Below are positions 25,640 through 40,080 of a stretch of DNA of 64,000 nt, one piece after another (within the stretch, counting starts at the first letter, position 1; each line of letters starts with the position of its first letter). The position numbers and the translations under genes were made by a program. Origin of the DNA: Eledone cirrhosa (Eukaryota); contig OZ024744.1 of assembly GCA_964016885.1 (NCBI GenBank), positions 8,866,001 to 8,930,000 on the forward strand, read 5' to 3'. Below the pieces are notes generated by a model. The model saw only the letters and a list, made by a program, of their open reading frames with translations. It did not search any database and was not told the DNA's origin.

Positions 25640-28600
25640 TGGAATCCAGTCCCCGCTAGCTGTTCCATTTACCGAATTATTATTATTTTTATATGAGACC
25701 CCAGTGACCGCGCATTGCCTGGAGACTTAGCTGAGAATAGACCTCCCTGATGAGGCAATGAATTCTCAACAGTTTATTACGTAACTGTCTTAATCCCATT
25801 GCAGAAACTAATTAGTTGGAGTGAAAATTTTAGTAAGTAAGTTAATTTTTAAAAATATTTTTTTAATTTTCTTATTTTACGTCTTTTATTATATTGTTCT
25901 GCATCCTCCTGCATTGAACCACCTAGGTACTATGACATAACCTGTGTATTTGCTGACATTAGCGTACATCTGTGCGCATATGTTAGTAGATATACTAAAT
26001 TCTCTATATTTAACTACAAATCACTTTGTCGAGCAAACCTGCCAAAACCACTACTAAATTTTTGGTGTGTTAGTAGGCTTCTGTCATCTTACCATCCCAC
26101 TCCTACCGACTAGCCTCAGTGTCACGTGATTGATTTTTTAGAATCTACCATTTGACCAGTGACAGCGAGATTTTCAGTGCATGGAATCCAGTCCCCGCTA
26201 GCTGTTCCATTTACCGAATTATTATTATTTTTATATGAGTCCCCAGTGTCCGCGCATTGCCTGGAGACTTAGCTGAGAATAGACCTCCCTGATGACGCAA
26301 TGAATTATCAACAGTTTATTACGTAACTGTCTTTATCCCATTGCAGAAACTAATTAGTTGGAGTGAAAATTTTAGTAAGTAAGTTAATTTTTTAAACATT
26401 TTTTTAAATTTTCTTATTTTACGTCCTTTATGTTATTGTTCTGCATCCTCCTGCATTGAACCACCTAGATACTATGACATAACCTGTGTATTTGCTGACA
26501 TTAGCGTACATCTGTGCGCATATGTTAGTAGATATACTAAATTCTCTATATTTATCACCAAATCACTTTGTCGAGCAAACCTGCCAAAACCACTACTAAA
26601 TTTTTGGTGTGTTAGTAGGCTTCTGTCATCTTACCATCCCACTCCTACCGACTAGCCTCAGTGTCACGTGATTGATTCTTTAGAATCTACCATTTGACCA
26701 GTGACAGCGAGATTTTCAGTGCATGGAATCCAGTCCCCGCTAGCTGTTCCATTTACCGAATTATTATTATTTTTATATGAGTCCCCAGTGTCCGCACATT
26801 GCCTGGAGACTTAGCTGAGAATAGACCTCCCTGGTGAACAATGAATTCTCAACAGTTTATTACGTAACTGTCTTTATCCCATTGCAGAAACTAATTAGTT
26901 GGAGTGAAAATTTTAGTAAGTTAATTTTTGAAAGCTTTTTTGAAATTTTCTTATTTTACGTCTTTTATATTATTGTTCTGCATCCTCCTGCATTGAACCA
27001 CCTAGGTACTATGACATAACCTGTGTATTTGCTGACATTAGCGTACATCTGTGCGCATATGTTAGTAGATATACTAAATTCTCTATATTTATCTCCAAAT
27101 CACTTTGTCGAGCAAACCTGCCAAAACCACTACTAAATTTTTGGTGTGTTAGTAGGCTTCTGTCATCTTACCATCCCACTCCTACCGACTAGCCTCAGTG
27201 TCACGTGATTGATTCTTTAGAATCTACCATTTGACCAGTGACAGCGAGATTTTCAGTGCATGGAATCCAGTCCCCGCTAGCTGTTCCATTTACCGAATTA
27301 TTATTATTTTTATATGAGACCCCAGTGACCGCGCATTGCCTGGAGACTTAGCTGAGAATAGACCTCCCTGATGAGGCAATGAATTCTCAACAGTTTATTA
27401 CGTAACTGTCTTTATCCCATTGCAGAAACTAATTAGTTGGAGTGAAAATTTTAGTAAGTAAGTTAATTTTTAAAAATATTTTTTTAATTTTCTTATTTTA
27501 CGTCTTTTATTATATTGTTCTGCATCCTCCTGCATTGAACCACCTAGGTACTATGACATAACCTGTGTATTTGCTGACATTAGCGTACATCTGTGCGCAT
27601 ATGTTAGTAGATATACTAAATTCTCTATATTTAACTACAAATCACTTTGTCGAGCAAACCTGCCAAAACCACTACTAAATTTTTGGTGTGTTAGTAGGCT
27701 TCTGTCATCTTACCATCCCACTCCTACCGACTAGCCTCAGTGTCACGTGATTGATTTTTTAGAATCTACCATTTGACCAGTGACAGCGAGATTTTCAGTG
27801 CATGGAATCCAGTCCCCGCTAGCTGTTCCATTTACCGAATTATTATTATTTTTATATGAGTCCCCAGTGTCCGCGCATTGCCTGGAGACTTAGCTGAGAA
27901 TAGACCTCCCTGATGACGCAATGAATTATCAACAGTTTATTACGTAACTGTCTTTATCCCATTGCAGAAACTAATTAGTTGGAGTGAAAATTTTAGTAAG
28001 TAAGTTAATTTTTTAAACATTTTTTTAAATTTTCTTATTTTACGTCCTTTATGTTATTGTTCTGCATCCTCCTGCATTGAACCACCTAGATACTATGACA
28101 TAACCTGTGTATTTGCTGACATTAGCGTACATCTGTGCGCATATGTTAGTAGATATACTAAATTCTCTATATTTATCACCAAATCACTTTGTCGAGCAAA
28201 CCTGCCAAAACCACTACTAAATTTTTGGTGTGTTAGTAGGCTTCTGTCATCTTACCATCCCACTCCTACCGACTAGCCTCAGTGTCACGTGATTGATTCT
28301 TTAGAATCTACCATTTGACCAGTGACAGCGAGATTTTCAGTGCATGGAATCCAGTCCCCGCTAGCTGTTCCATTTACCGAATTATTATTATTTTTATATG
28401 AGTCCCCAGTGTCCGCACATTGCCTGGAGACTTAGCTGAGAATAGACCTCCCTGGTGAACAATGAATTCTCAACAGTTTATTACGTAACTGTCTTTATCC
28501 CATTGCAGAAACTAATTAGTTGGAGTGAAAATTTTAGTAAGTTAATTTTTGAAAGCTTTTTTGAAATTTTCTTATTTTACGTCTTTTATATTATTGTTCT

Positions 28601-28930
28601 GCATCCTCCTGCATTGAACCACCTAGGTACTATGACATAACCTGTGTATTTGCTGACATTAGCGTACATCTGTGCGCATATGTTAGTAGATATACTAAAT
28701 TCTCTATATTTATCTCCAAATCACTTTGTCGAGCAAACCTGCCAAAACCACTACTAAATTTTTGGTGTGTTAGTAGGCTTCTGTCATCTTACCATCCCAC
28801 TCCTACCGACTAGCCTCAGTGTCACGTGATTGATTCTTTAGAATCTACCATTTGACCAGTGACAGCGAGATTTTCAGTGCATGGAATCCAGTCCCCGCTA
28901 GCTGTTCCATTTACCGAATTATTATTATTT
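25640..28930. repeat. Tandem trimer duplication (1621-bp unit)
   Basis: gagaccccagtgacc at ~25695/~27316; acgtcctttatg at ~26421/~28042; identical ORFs at 26834 and 28455. Confidence 0.87.
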
Positions 28931-31900
28931 TTATATGAGTCCCCAGTGTCCGCGCATTGCCTGGAGACTTAGCTGAGAATAGACCTCCCTGATGACGCAA
29001 TGAATTCTCAACAGTTTATTACGTAACTGTCTTTATCCCATTGCAGAAACTAATTAGTTGGAGTGAAAACTTTAGTAAGTAAGTTAATTTTTTTAAGTTT
29101 TTTTTTTAATTTTTATTTTACGTCTTTTAACCACCTAGGTACTATGACATAACCTGTGTATTTGCTGACAATAGCGTACATCTGTGCGCATATGTTAGTA
29201 GATATACTAAATTCTCTATATTTATCTCCAAATCACTTTGTCAAGTAAACCTGCCAAAACCACTACTAAATTTTTGGTGTGTTAGTAGGCTTCTGTCATC
29301 TTACCATCCCACTCCTACCGACTAGCCTCAGTGTCACGTGATTGATTCTTTAGAATCTACCATTTGACCAGTGACAGCGAGATTTTCAGTGCATGGAATC
29401 CAGTCCTCGCTAGCTGTTCCATTTACCGAATTATTATTATTTTTATATGAGTCCCCAGTGTCCGCGCATTGCCTGGAGACTTAGCTGAGAATAGACCTCC
29501 CTGATGCCGCAATGAATTCTCAACAGTTTATTACGTAACTGTCTTTATCCCATTGCAGAAACTAATTAGTTAGAGTGAACATTTTAGTAAGTAAGTTTTA
29601 TTTTTTAAAAGTTTTTTTTAATTTTCTTATTTTACGTCTTTTGTATTATTGTTCTGCATCCTCCTGCATTGAACCACCTAGATACTATGACATAACCTCT
29701 GTATTTGCTGACATTAGCGTACATCTGTGCGCATATGTTAGTAGATATACTAAATTCTCTATATTTATATCCAAATCACTTTTTCGAGCAAACCTGCCAA
29801 AACCACTACTAAATTTTTGGTGTGTTAGCAGGCTTCTGTCATCTTACCATCCCACTCCTACCGACTAGCCTCAGTGTCACGTGATTGATTCTTTAGAATC
29901 TACCATTTGACCAGTGACAGCGAGATTTTCAGTGCATGGAATCCAGTCCCCGCTAGCTGTTCCATTTACCAAATTATTATTATTTTTATATGAGTCCCCA
30001 GTGTCCGCGCATTGCCTGGAGACTTAGCTGAGAATATACCTCCCTGATGATGCAATGAATTCTCAACAGTTTATTACGTAACTGTCTTTATCCCATTGCA
30101 GAAACTAATTAGTTGGAGTGAAAATTTTAGTAAGTAAGTTAATTTTTTAAAAAAATTTTTAAATTTTCTTATTTTACGTCTTTTATATTATTGTTCTGCA
30201 TCCTCCTGCATTGAACCACCTAGGTACTATGACATAACCTGTGTATTTGCTGACATTAGCGTACATCTGTGCGCATATGTTAGTAGATATACTAAATTCT
30301 CTATATTTATCTCCAAATCACTTTGTCGAGTAAACCTGCCAAAACCACTACTAAATTGTTGGTGTGTTAGTAGGCTTCTGTCATCTTACCATCCCACTCC
30401 TACCGACTAGCCTCAGTGTCACGTGATTGATTTTTTAGAATCTACCATTTGACCAGTGACAGCGAGATTTTCAGTGCATGGAATCCAGTCCCCGCTAGCT
30501 GTTCCATTTACCGAATTATTATTATTTTTATATGAGTCCCCAGTGTCCGCACATTGCCTGGAGACTTAGCTGAGAATAGACCTCCCTGGTGAACAATGAA
30601 TTCTCAACAGTTTATTACGTAACTGTCTTTATCCCATTGCAGAAACTAATTAGTTGGAGTGAAAATTTTAGTAAGTTAATTTTTGAAAGCTTTTTTGAAA
30701 TTTTCTTATTTTACGTCTTTTATATTATTGTTCTGCATCCTCCTGCATTGAACCACCTAGGTACTATGACATAACCTGTGTATTTGCTGACATTAGCGTA
30801 CATCTGTGCGCATATGTTAGTAGATATACTAAATTCTCTATATTTATCTCCAAATCACTTTGTCGAGCAAACCTGCCAAAACCACTACTAAATTTTTGGT
30901 GTGTTAGTAGGCTTCTGTCATCTTACCATCCCACTCCTACCGACTAGCCTCAGTGTCACGTGATTGATTCTTTAGAATCTACCATTTGACCAGTGACAGC
31001 GAGATTTTCAGTGCATGGAATCCAGTCCCCGCTAGCTGTTCCATTTACCGAATTATTATTATTTTTATATGAGTCCCCAGTGTCCGCGCATTGCCTGGAG
31101 ACTTAGCTGAGAATAGACCTCCCTGATGACGCAATGAATTCTCAACAGTTTATTACGTAACTGTCTTTATCCCATTGCAGAAACTAATTAGTTGGAGTGA
31201 AAACTTTAGTAAGTAAGTTAATTTTTTTAAGTTTTTTTTTTAATTTTTATTTTACGTCTTTTAACCACCTAGGTACTATGACATAACCTGTGTATTTGCT
31301 GACAATAGCGTACATCTGTGCGCATATGTTAGTAGATATACTAAATTCTCTATATTTATCTCCAAATCACTTTGTCAAGTAAACCTGCCAAAACCACTAC
31401 TAAATTTTTGGTGTGTTAGTAGGCTTCTGTCATCTTACCATCCCACTCCTACCGACTAGCCTCAGTGTCACGTGATTGATTCTTTAGAATCTACCATTTG
31501 ACCAGTGACAGCGAGATTTTCAGTGCATGGAATCCAGTCCTCGCTAGCTGTTCCATTTACCGAATTATTATTATTTTTATATGAGTCCCCAGTGTCCGCG
31601 CATTGCCTGGAGACTTAGCTGAGAATAGACCTCCCTGATGCCGCAATGAATTCTCAACAGTTTATTACGTAACTGTCTTTATCCCATTGCAGAAACTAAT
31701 TAGTTAGAGTGAACATTTTAGTAAGTAAGTTTTATTTTTTAAAAGTTTTTTTTAATTTTCTTATTTTACGTCTTTTGTATTATTGTTCTGCATCCTCCTG
31801 CATTGAACCACCTAGATACTATGACATAACCTCTGTATTTGCTGACATTAGCGTACATCTGTGCGCATATGTTAGTAGATATACTAAATTCTCTATATTT

Positions 31901-32680
31901 ATATCCAAATCACTTTTTCGAGCAAACCTGCCAAAACCACTACTAAATTTTTGGTGTGTTAGCAGGCTTCTGTCATCTTACCATCCCACTCCTACCGACT
32001 AGCCTCAGTGTCACGTGATTGATTCTTTAGAATCTACCATTTGACCAGTGACAGCGAGATTTTCAGTGCATGGAATCCAGTCCCCGCTAGCTGTTCCATT
32101 TACCAAATTATTATTATTTTTATATGAGTCCCCAGTGTCCGCGCATTGCCTGGAGACTTAGCTGAGAATATACCTCCCTGATGATGCAATGAATTCTCAA
32201 CAGTTTATTACGTAACTGTCTTTATCCCATTGCAGAAACTAATTAGTTGGAGTGAAAATTTTAGTAAGTAAGTTAATTTTTTAAAAAAATTTTTAAATTT
32301 TCTTATTTTACGTCTTTTATATTATTGTTCTGCATCCTCCTGCATTGAACCACCTAGGTACTATGACATAACCTGTGTATTTGCTGACATTAGCGTACAT
32401 CTGTGCGCATATGTTAGTAGATATACTAAATTCTCTATATTTATCTCCAAATCACTTTGTCGAGTAAACCTGCCAAAACCACTACTAAATTGTTGGTGTG
32501 TTAGTAGGCTTCTGTCATCTTACCATCCCACTCCTACCGACTAGCCTCAGTGTCACGTGATTGATTTTTTAGAATCTACCATTTGACCAGTGACAGCGAG
32601 ATTTTCAGTGCATGGAATCCAGTCCCCGCTAGCTGTTCCATTTACCGAATTATTATTATTTTTATATGAGTCCCCAGTGT
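28400..32680. repeat. Tandem tetramer duplication (2134-bp unit, includes the 29-bp-deleted monomer)
   Basis: ORF pairs 28455/30589 and 29575/31709 and the deletion junctions 29128/31262 are all offset by 2134. Confidence 0.88.
28649..29160. repeat. 512-bp deletion-variant monomer (lacks atattattgttctgcatcctcctgcattg); same junction at 31262, 34481, 44188
   Basis: Reads cgtctttt|aaccacc instead of cgtctttt+29 bp+aaccacc; monomer spacing 28649 to 29161 is 512. Confidence 0.93.
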
Positions 32681-35249
32681 CCGCGCATTGACTGGAGACT
32701 TAGCTGAGAATAGACCTCCCTGATGACGCAATGAATTCTCAACAGTTTATTACGTAACTGTCTTTATCCCATTGCAGAAACTAATTAGTTGGAGTGAAAA
32801 TTTTAGTAAGTAAGTTAATTTTTAAAAATATTTTTTTAATTTTCTTATTTTACGTCTTTTATTATATTGTTCTGCATCCTCCTGCATTGAACCACCTAGG
32901 TACTATGACATAACCTGTGTATTTGCTGACATTAGCGTACATCTGTGCGCATATGTTAGTAGATATACTAAATTCTCTATATTTAACTACAAATCACTTT
33001 GTCGAGCAAACCTGCCAAAACCACTACTAAATTTTTGGTGTGTTAGTAGGCTTCTGTCATCTTACCATCCCACTCCTACCGACTAGCCTCAGTGTCACGT
33101 GATTGATTTTTTAGAATCTACCATTTGACCAGTGACAGCGAGATTTTCAGTGCATGGAATCCAGTCCCCGCTAGCTGTTCCATTTACCGAATTATTATTA
33201 TTTTTATATGAGTCCCCAGTGTCCGCGCATTGCCTGGAGACTTAGCTGAGAATAGACCTCCCTGATGACGCAATGAATTATCAACAGTTTATTACGTAAC
33301 TGTCTTTATCCCATTGCAGAAACTAATTAGTTGGAGTGAAAATTTTAGTAAGTAAGTTAATTTTTTTAACATTTTTTTAAATTTTCTTATTTTACGTCCT
33401 TTATGTTATTGTTCTGCATCCTCCTGCATTGAACCACCTAGATACTATGACATAACCTGTGTATTTGCTGACATTAGCGTACATCTGTGCGCATATGTTA
33501 GTAGATATACTAAATTCTCTATATTTATCACCAAATCACTTTGTCGAGCAAACCTGCCAAAACCACTACTAAATTTTTGGTGTGTTAGTAGGCTTCTGTC
33601 ATCTTACCATCCCACTCCTACCGACTAGCCTCAGTGTCACGTGATTGATTCTTTAGAATCTACCATTTGACCAGTGACAGCGAGATTTTCAGTGCATGGA
33701 ATCCAGTCCCCGCTAGCTGTTCCATTTACCGAATTATTATTATTTTTATATGAGTCCCCAGTGTCCGCACATTGCCTGGAGACTTAGCTGAGAATAGACC
33801 TCCCTGGTGAAGCAATGAATTCTCAACAGTTTATTACGTAACTGTCTTTATCCCATTGCAGAAACTAATTAGTTGGAGTGAAAATTTTAGTAAGTTAATT
33901 TTTGAAAGCTTTTTTGAAATTTTCTTATTTTACGTCTTTTATATTATTGTTCTGCATCCTCCTGCATTGAACCACCTAGGTACTATGACATAACCTGTGT
34001 ATTTGCTGACATTAGCGTACATCTGTGCGCATATGTTAGTAGATATACTAAATTCTCTATATTTATCTCCAAATCACTTTGTCGAGCAAACCTGCCAAAA
34101 CCACTACTAAATTTTTGGTGTGTTAGTAGGCTTCTGTCATCTTACCATCCCACTCCTACCGACTAGCCTCAGTGTCACGTGATTGATTCTTTAGAATCTA
34201 CCATTTGACCAGTGACAGCGAGATTTTCAGTGCATGGAATCCAGTCCCCGCTAGCTGTTCCATTTACCGAATTATTATTATTTTTATATGAGTCCCCAGT
34301 GTCCGTGCATTGCCTGGAGACTTAGCTGAGAATAGACCTCCCTGATGACGCAATGAATTCTCAACAGTTTATTACGTAACTGTCTTTATCCCATTGCAGA
34401 AACTAATTAGTTGGAGTGAAAACTTTAGTAAGTAAGTTAATTTTTTTAAGTTTTTTTTTTAATTTTTATTTTACGTCTTTTAACCACCTAGGTACTATGA
34501 CATAACCTGTGTATTTGCTGACAATAGCGTACATCTGTGCGCATATGTTAGTAGATATACTAAATTCTCTATATTTATCTCCAAATCACTTTGTCAAGTA
34601 AACCTGCCAAAACCACTACTAAATTTTTGGTGTGTTAGTAGGCTTCTGTCATCTTACCATCCCACTCCTACCGACTAGCCTCAGTGTCACGTGATTGATT
34701 CTTTAGAATCTACCATTTGACCAGTGACAGCGAGATTTTCAGTGCATGGAATCCAGTCCTCGCTAGCTGTTCCATTTACCGAATTATTATTATTTTTATA
34801 TGAGTCCCCAGTGTCCGCGCATTGCCTGGAGACTTAGCTGAGAATAGACCTCCCTGATGCCGCAATGAATTCTCAACAGTTTATTACGTAACTGTCTTTA
34901 TCCCATTGCAGAAACTAATTAGTTAGAGTGAACATTTTAGTAAGTAAGTTTTATTTTTTAAAAGTTTTTTTTAATTTTCTTATTTTACGTCTTTTGTATT
35001 ATTGTTCTGCATCCTCCTGCATTGAACCACCTAGATACTATGACATAACCTCTGTATTTGCTGACATTAGCGTACATCTGTGCGCATATGTTAGTAGATA
35101 TACTAAATTCTCTATATTTATATCCAAATCACTTTTTCGAGCAAACCTGCCAAAACCACTACTAAATTTTTGGTGTGTTAGCAGGCTTCTGTCATCTTAC
35201 CATCCCACTCCTACCGACTAGCCTCAGTGTCACGTGATTGATTCTTTAG

Positions 35250-38200
35250 AATCTACCATTTGACCAGTGACAGCGAGATTTTCAGTGCATGGAATCCAGT
35301 CCCCGCTAGCTGTTCCATTTACCAAATTATTATTATTTTTATATGAGTCCCCAGTGTCCGCGCATTGACTGGAGACTTAGCTGAGAATATACCTCCCTGA
35401 TGATGCAATGAATTCTCAACAGTTTATTACGTAACTGTCTTTATCCCATTGCAGAAACTAATTAGTTGGAGTGAAAATTTTAGTAAGTAAGTTAATTTTT
35501 AAAAAAAATTTTTAAATTTTCTTATTTTACGTCTTTTATATTATTGTTCTGCATCCTCCTGCATTGAACCACCTAGGTACTATGACATAACCTGTGTATT
35601 TGCTGACATTAGCGTACATCTGTGCGCATATGTTAGTAGATATACTAAATTCTCTATATTTAACTCCAAATCAGTTTGTCGAGCAAACCTCCAAAACCAC
35701 TACTAAATTTTTGGTGTGTTAGTAGGCTTCTGTCATCTTACCATCCCACTCCTACCGACTAGCCTCAGTGTCACCTGATTGATTTTTTAGAATCTACCAT
35801 TTGACCAGTGACAGCGAGATTTTCAGTGCATGGAATCCAGTCCCCGCTAGCTGTTCCATTTACCGAATTATTATTATTTTTATATGAGTCCCCAGTGTCC
35901 GCGCATTGCCTGGAGACTTAGCTGAGAATAGACCTCCCTGATGACGCAATGAATTCTCAACAGTTTATTACGAAACTGTCTTTATCCCATTGCAGAAACT
36001 AATTAGTTGGAGTGAAAATTTTAGTAAGTAAGTTAATTTTTTAAACATTTTAAAAATTTTCTTATTTTACGTCTTTTATATTATTGTTCTGCATCCTCCT
36101 GCATTGAACCACCTAGATACTATGACATAACCTGTGTATTTGCTGACATTAGCGTACATCTGTGCGCATATGTTAGTAGATATACTAAATTCTCTATATT
36201 TATCTCCAAATGACTTTGTCGAGCAAACCTGCCAAAACCACTACTAAATTTTTGGTGTGTTAGTAGGCTTCTGTCATCTTACCATCCCACTCCTACCGAC
36301 TAGCCTCAGTGTCACGAGATTCATTCTTTAGAATCTTCCATTTGACCAGTGACAGCGAGATTTTCAGTGCATGGAATCCATTCCTCGCTAGCTGTTCCAT
36401 TTACCGAATTATTATTATTTTTATATGAGTCCCCAGTGTCCGCGCATTGCCTGGAGACTTAGCTGAGAATAGACCTCCCTGATGACGCAATGAATTCTCA
36501 ACAGTTTATTACGTAACTGTCTTTATCCCATTGCAGAAACTAATTAGTTGGAGTGAACATTTTAGTAAGTAAGTTAATTTTTAAAAAATTTTTTAAATCT
36601 TCTTATTTTACGTCTTTTATATTATTGTTCTGCATCCTCCTTCATTGAACCACCTATGTACTATGACATAACCTGTGTATTTGCTGACATTAGCGTACAT
36701 CTGTGCGCATATGTTAGTAGATATACTAAATTCTCTATATTTATCTCCAAATGACTTTGTCGAGCAAACCTGCCAAAACCACTACTAAATTTTTGGTGTG
36801 TTAGTAGGCTTCTGTCATCTTACCATCCCACTCCTACCGACTAGCCTCAGTGTCACGAGATTCATTCTTTAGAATCTTCCATTTGACCAGTGACAGCGAG
36901 ATTTTCAGTGCATGGAATCCATTCCTCGCTAGCTGTTCCATTTACCGAATTATTATTATTTTTATATGAGTCCCCAGTGTCCGCGCATTGACTGGAGACT
37001 TAGCTGAGAATAGACCTCCCTGATGACGCAATGAATTCTCAACAGTTTATTACGAAACTGTCTTTATCCCATTGCAGAAACTAATTAGTTGCAGTGAAAA
37101 TTTTAGTAAGTTAATTTTTTAAATATTTTTTAAAATTTTCTTATTTTACATCTTTTATATTATTGTTCTGCATCCTCCTGCATTGAACCACCTAGGTACT
37201 ATGACATATCCTGTGTATTTGCTGACATTAGCGTCCATCTGTGCGCATATGTTAGTAGATATACTAAATTCTCTATATTTATCTCCAAATCACTTTGTCG
37301 AGCAAACCTGCCAAAACCACTACTAAATTTTTGGTGTGTTAGTAGGCTTCTGTCATCTTACCATCCCACTCCTACCGACTAGCCTGAGTGTCACGTGATT
37401 GATTCTTTAGAATCTACCATTTGACCAGTGACAGCGAGATTTTCAGTGCATGGAATCCAGTCCCCGCTAGCTGTTCCATTTACCGAATTATTATTATTTT
37501 TATATGAGTCCCCAGTGTCCGCGCATTGCCTGGAGACTTAGCTGAGAATAGACCTCCCTGATGATGCAATGAATTCTCAACAGTTTATTACGTAACTGTC
37601 TTTATCCCATTGCAGAAACTAATTAGTTGGAGTGAAAATTTTAGTAAGTAAGTTAATTTTTAAAAAGTTTTTTTAATTTTCTTATTTTACGTCTTTTATA
37701 TTATTGTTCTGCATCCTCCTGCATTGAACCACCTAGGTACTATGACATATCCTGTGTATTTGCTGACATTAGCGTCCATCTGTGCGCATATGTTAGTAGA
37801 TATACTAAATTCTCTATATTTATCTCCAAATCACTTTGTCGAGCAAACCTGCCAAAACCACTACTAAATTTTTGGTGTGTTAGTAGGCTTCTGTCATCTT
37901 ACCATCCCACTCCTACCGACTAGCCTCAGTGTCACGTGATTGATTCTTTAGAATCTACCATTTGACCAGTGACAGCGAGATTTTCAGTGCATGGAATCCA
38001 GTCCCCGCTAGCTGTTCCATTTACCAAATTATTATTATTTTTATATGAGTCCCCAGTGTCCGCGCATTGCCTGGAGACTTAGCTGAGAATATACCTCCCT
38101 GATGATGCAATGAATTCTCAACAGTTTATTACGTAACTGTCTTTATCCCATTGCAGAAACTAATTAGTTGGAGTGAAAATTTTAGTAAGTAAGTTAATTT

Positions 38201-40080
38201 TTAAAAAAAATTTTTAAATTTTCTTATTTTACGTCTTTTATATTATTGTTCTGCATCCTCCTGCATTGAACCACCTAGGTACTATGACATAACCTGTGTA
38301 TTTGCTGACATTAGCGTACATCTGTGCGCATATGTTAGTAGATATACTAAATTCTCTATATTTAACTCCAAATCAGTTTGTCGAGCAAACCTCCAAAACC
38401 ACTACTAAATTTTTGGTGTGTTAGTAGGCTTCTGTCATCTTACCATCCCACTCCTACCGACTAGCCTCAGTGTCACCTGATTGATTTTTTAGAATCTACC
38501 ATTTGACCAGTGACAGCGAGATTTTCAGTGCATGGAATCCAGTCCCCGCTAGCTGTTCCATTTACCGAATTATTATTATTTTTATATGAGTCCCCAGTGT
38601 CCGCGCATTGCCTGGAGACTTAGCTGAGAATAGACCTCCCTGATGACGCAATGAATTCTCAACAGTTTATTACGAAACTGTCTTTATCCCATTGCAGAAA
38701 CTAATTAGTTGGAGTGAAAATTTTAGTAAGTAAGTTAATTTTTTAAACATTTTAAAAATTTTCTTATTTTACGTCTTTTATATTATTGTTCTGCATCCTC
38801 CTGCATTGAACCACCTAGATACTATGACATAACCTGTGTATTTGCTGACATTAGCGTACATCTGTGCGCATATGTTAGTAGATATACTAAATTCTCTATA
38901 TTTATCTCCAAATCACTTTGTCGAGCAAACCTGCCAAAACCACTACTAAATTTTTGGTGTGTTAGTAGGCTTCTGTCATCTTACCATCCCACTCCTACCG
39001 ACTAGCCTCAGTGTCACGAGATTCATTCTTTAGAATCTTCCATTTGACCAGTGACAGCGAGATTTTCAGTGCATGGAATCCATTCCTCGCTAGCTGTTCC
39101 ATTTACCGAATTATTATTATTTTTATATGAGTCCCCAGTGTCCGCGCATTGCCTGGAGACTTAGCTGAGAATAGACCTCCCTGATGACGCAATGAATTCT
39201 CAACAGTTTATTACGTAACTGTCTTTATCCCATTGCAGAAACTAATTAGTTGGAGTGAACATTTTAGTAAGTAAGTTAATTTTTAAAAAATTTTTTAAAT
39301 CTTCTTATTTTACGTCTTTTATATTATTGTTCTGCATCCTCCTTCATTGAACCACCTATGTACTATGACATAACCTGTGTATTTGCTGACATTAGCGTAC
39401 ATCTGTGCGCATATGTTAGTAGATATACTAAATTCTCTATATTTATCTCCAAATCACTTTGTCGAGTAAACCTGCCAAAACCACTACTAAATTGTTGGTG
39501 TGTTAGTAGGCTTCTGTCATCTTACCATCCCACTCCTACCGACTAGCCTCAGTGTCACGTGATTGATTTTTTAGAATCTACCATTTGACCAGTGACAGCG
39601 AGATTTTCAGTGCATGGAATCCAGTCCCCGCTAGCTGTTCCATTTACCGAATTATTATTATTTTTATATGAGTCCCCAGTGTCCGCGCATTGACTGGAGA
39701 CTTAGCTGAGAATAGACCTCCCTGATGACGCAATGAATTCTCAACAGTTTATTACGAAACTGTCTTTATCCCATTGCAGAAACTAATTAGTTGCAGTGAA
39801 AATTTTAGTAAGTTAATTTTTTAAAAATTTTTTAAAATTTTCTTATTTTACATCTTTTATATTATTGTTCTGCATCCTCCTGCATTGAACCACCTAGGTA
39901 CTATGACATATCCTGTGTATTTGCTGACATTAGCGTCCATCTGTGCGCATATGTTAGTAGATATACTAAATTCTCTATATTTATCTCCAAATCACTTTGT
40001 CGAGCAAACCTGCCAAAACCACTACTAAATTTTTGGTGTGTTAGTAGGCTTCTGTCATCTTACCATCCCACTCCTACCGA
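35250..40080. repeat. Imperfect pentamer duplication (~2702-bp offset)
   Basis: tcacctgatt at 35771/38473; gtcacgagattcattc at 36311/39013; cttcattgaaccacctatg at ~36640/~39342; gactggag plus agttgcagtg at ~36990-37095/~39692-39797. Confidence 0.82.
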
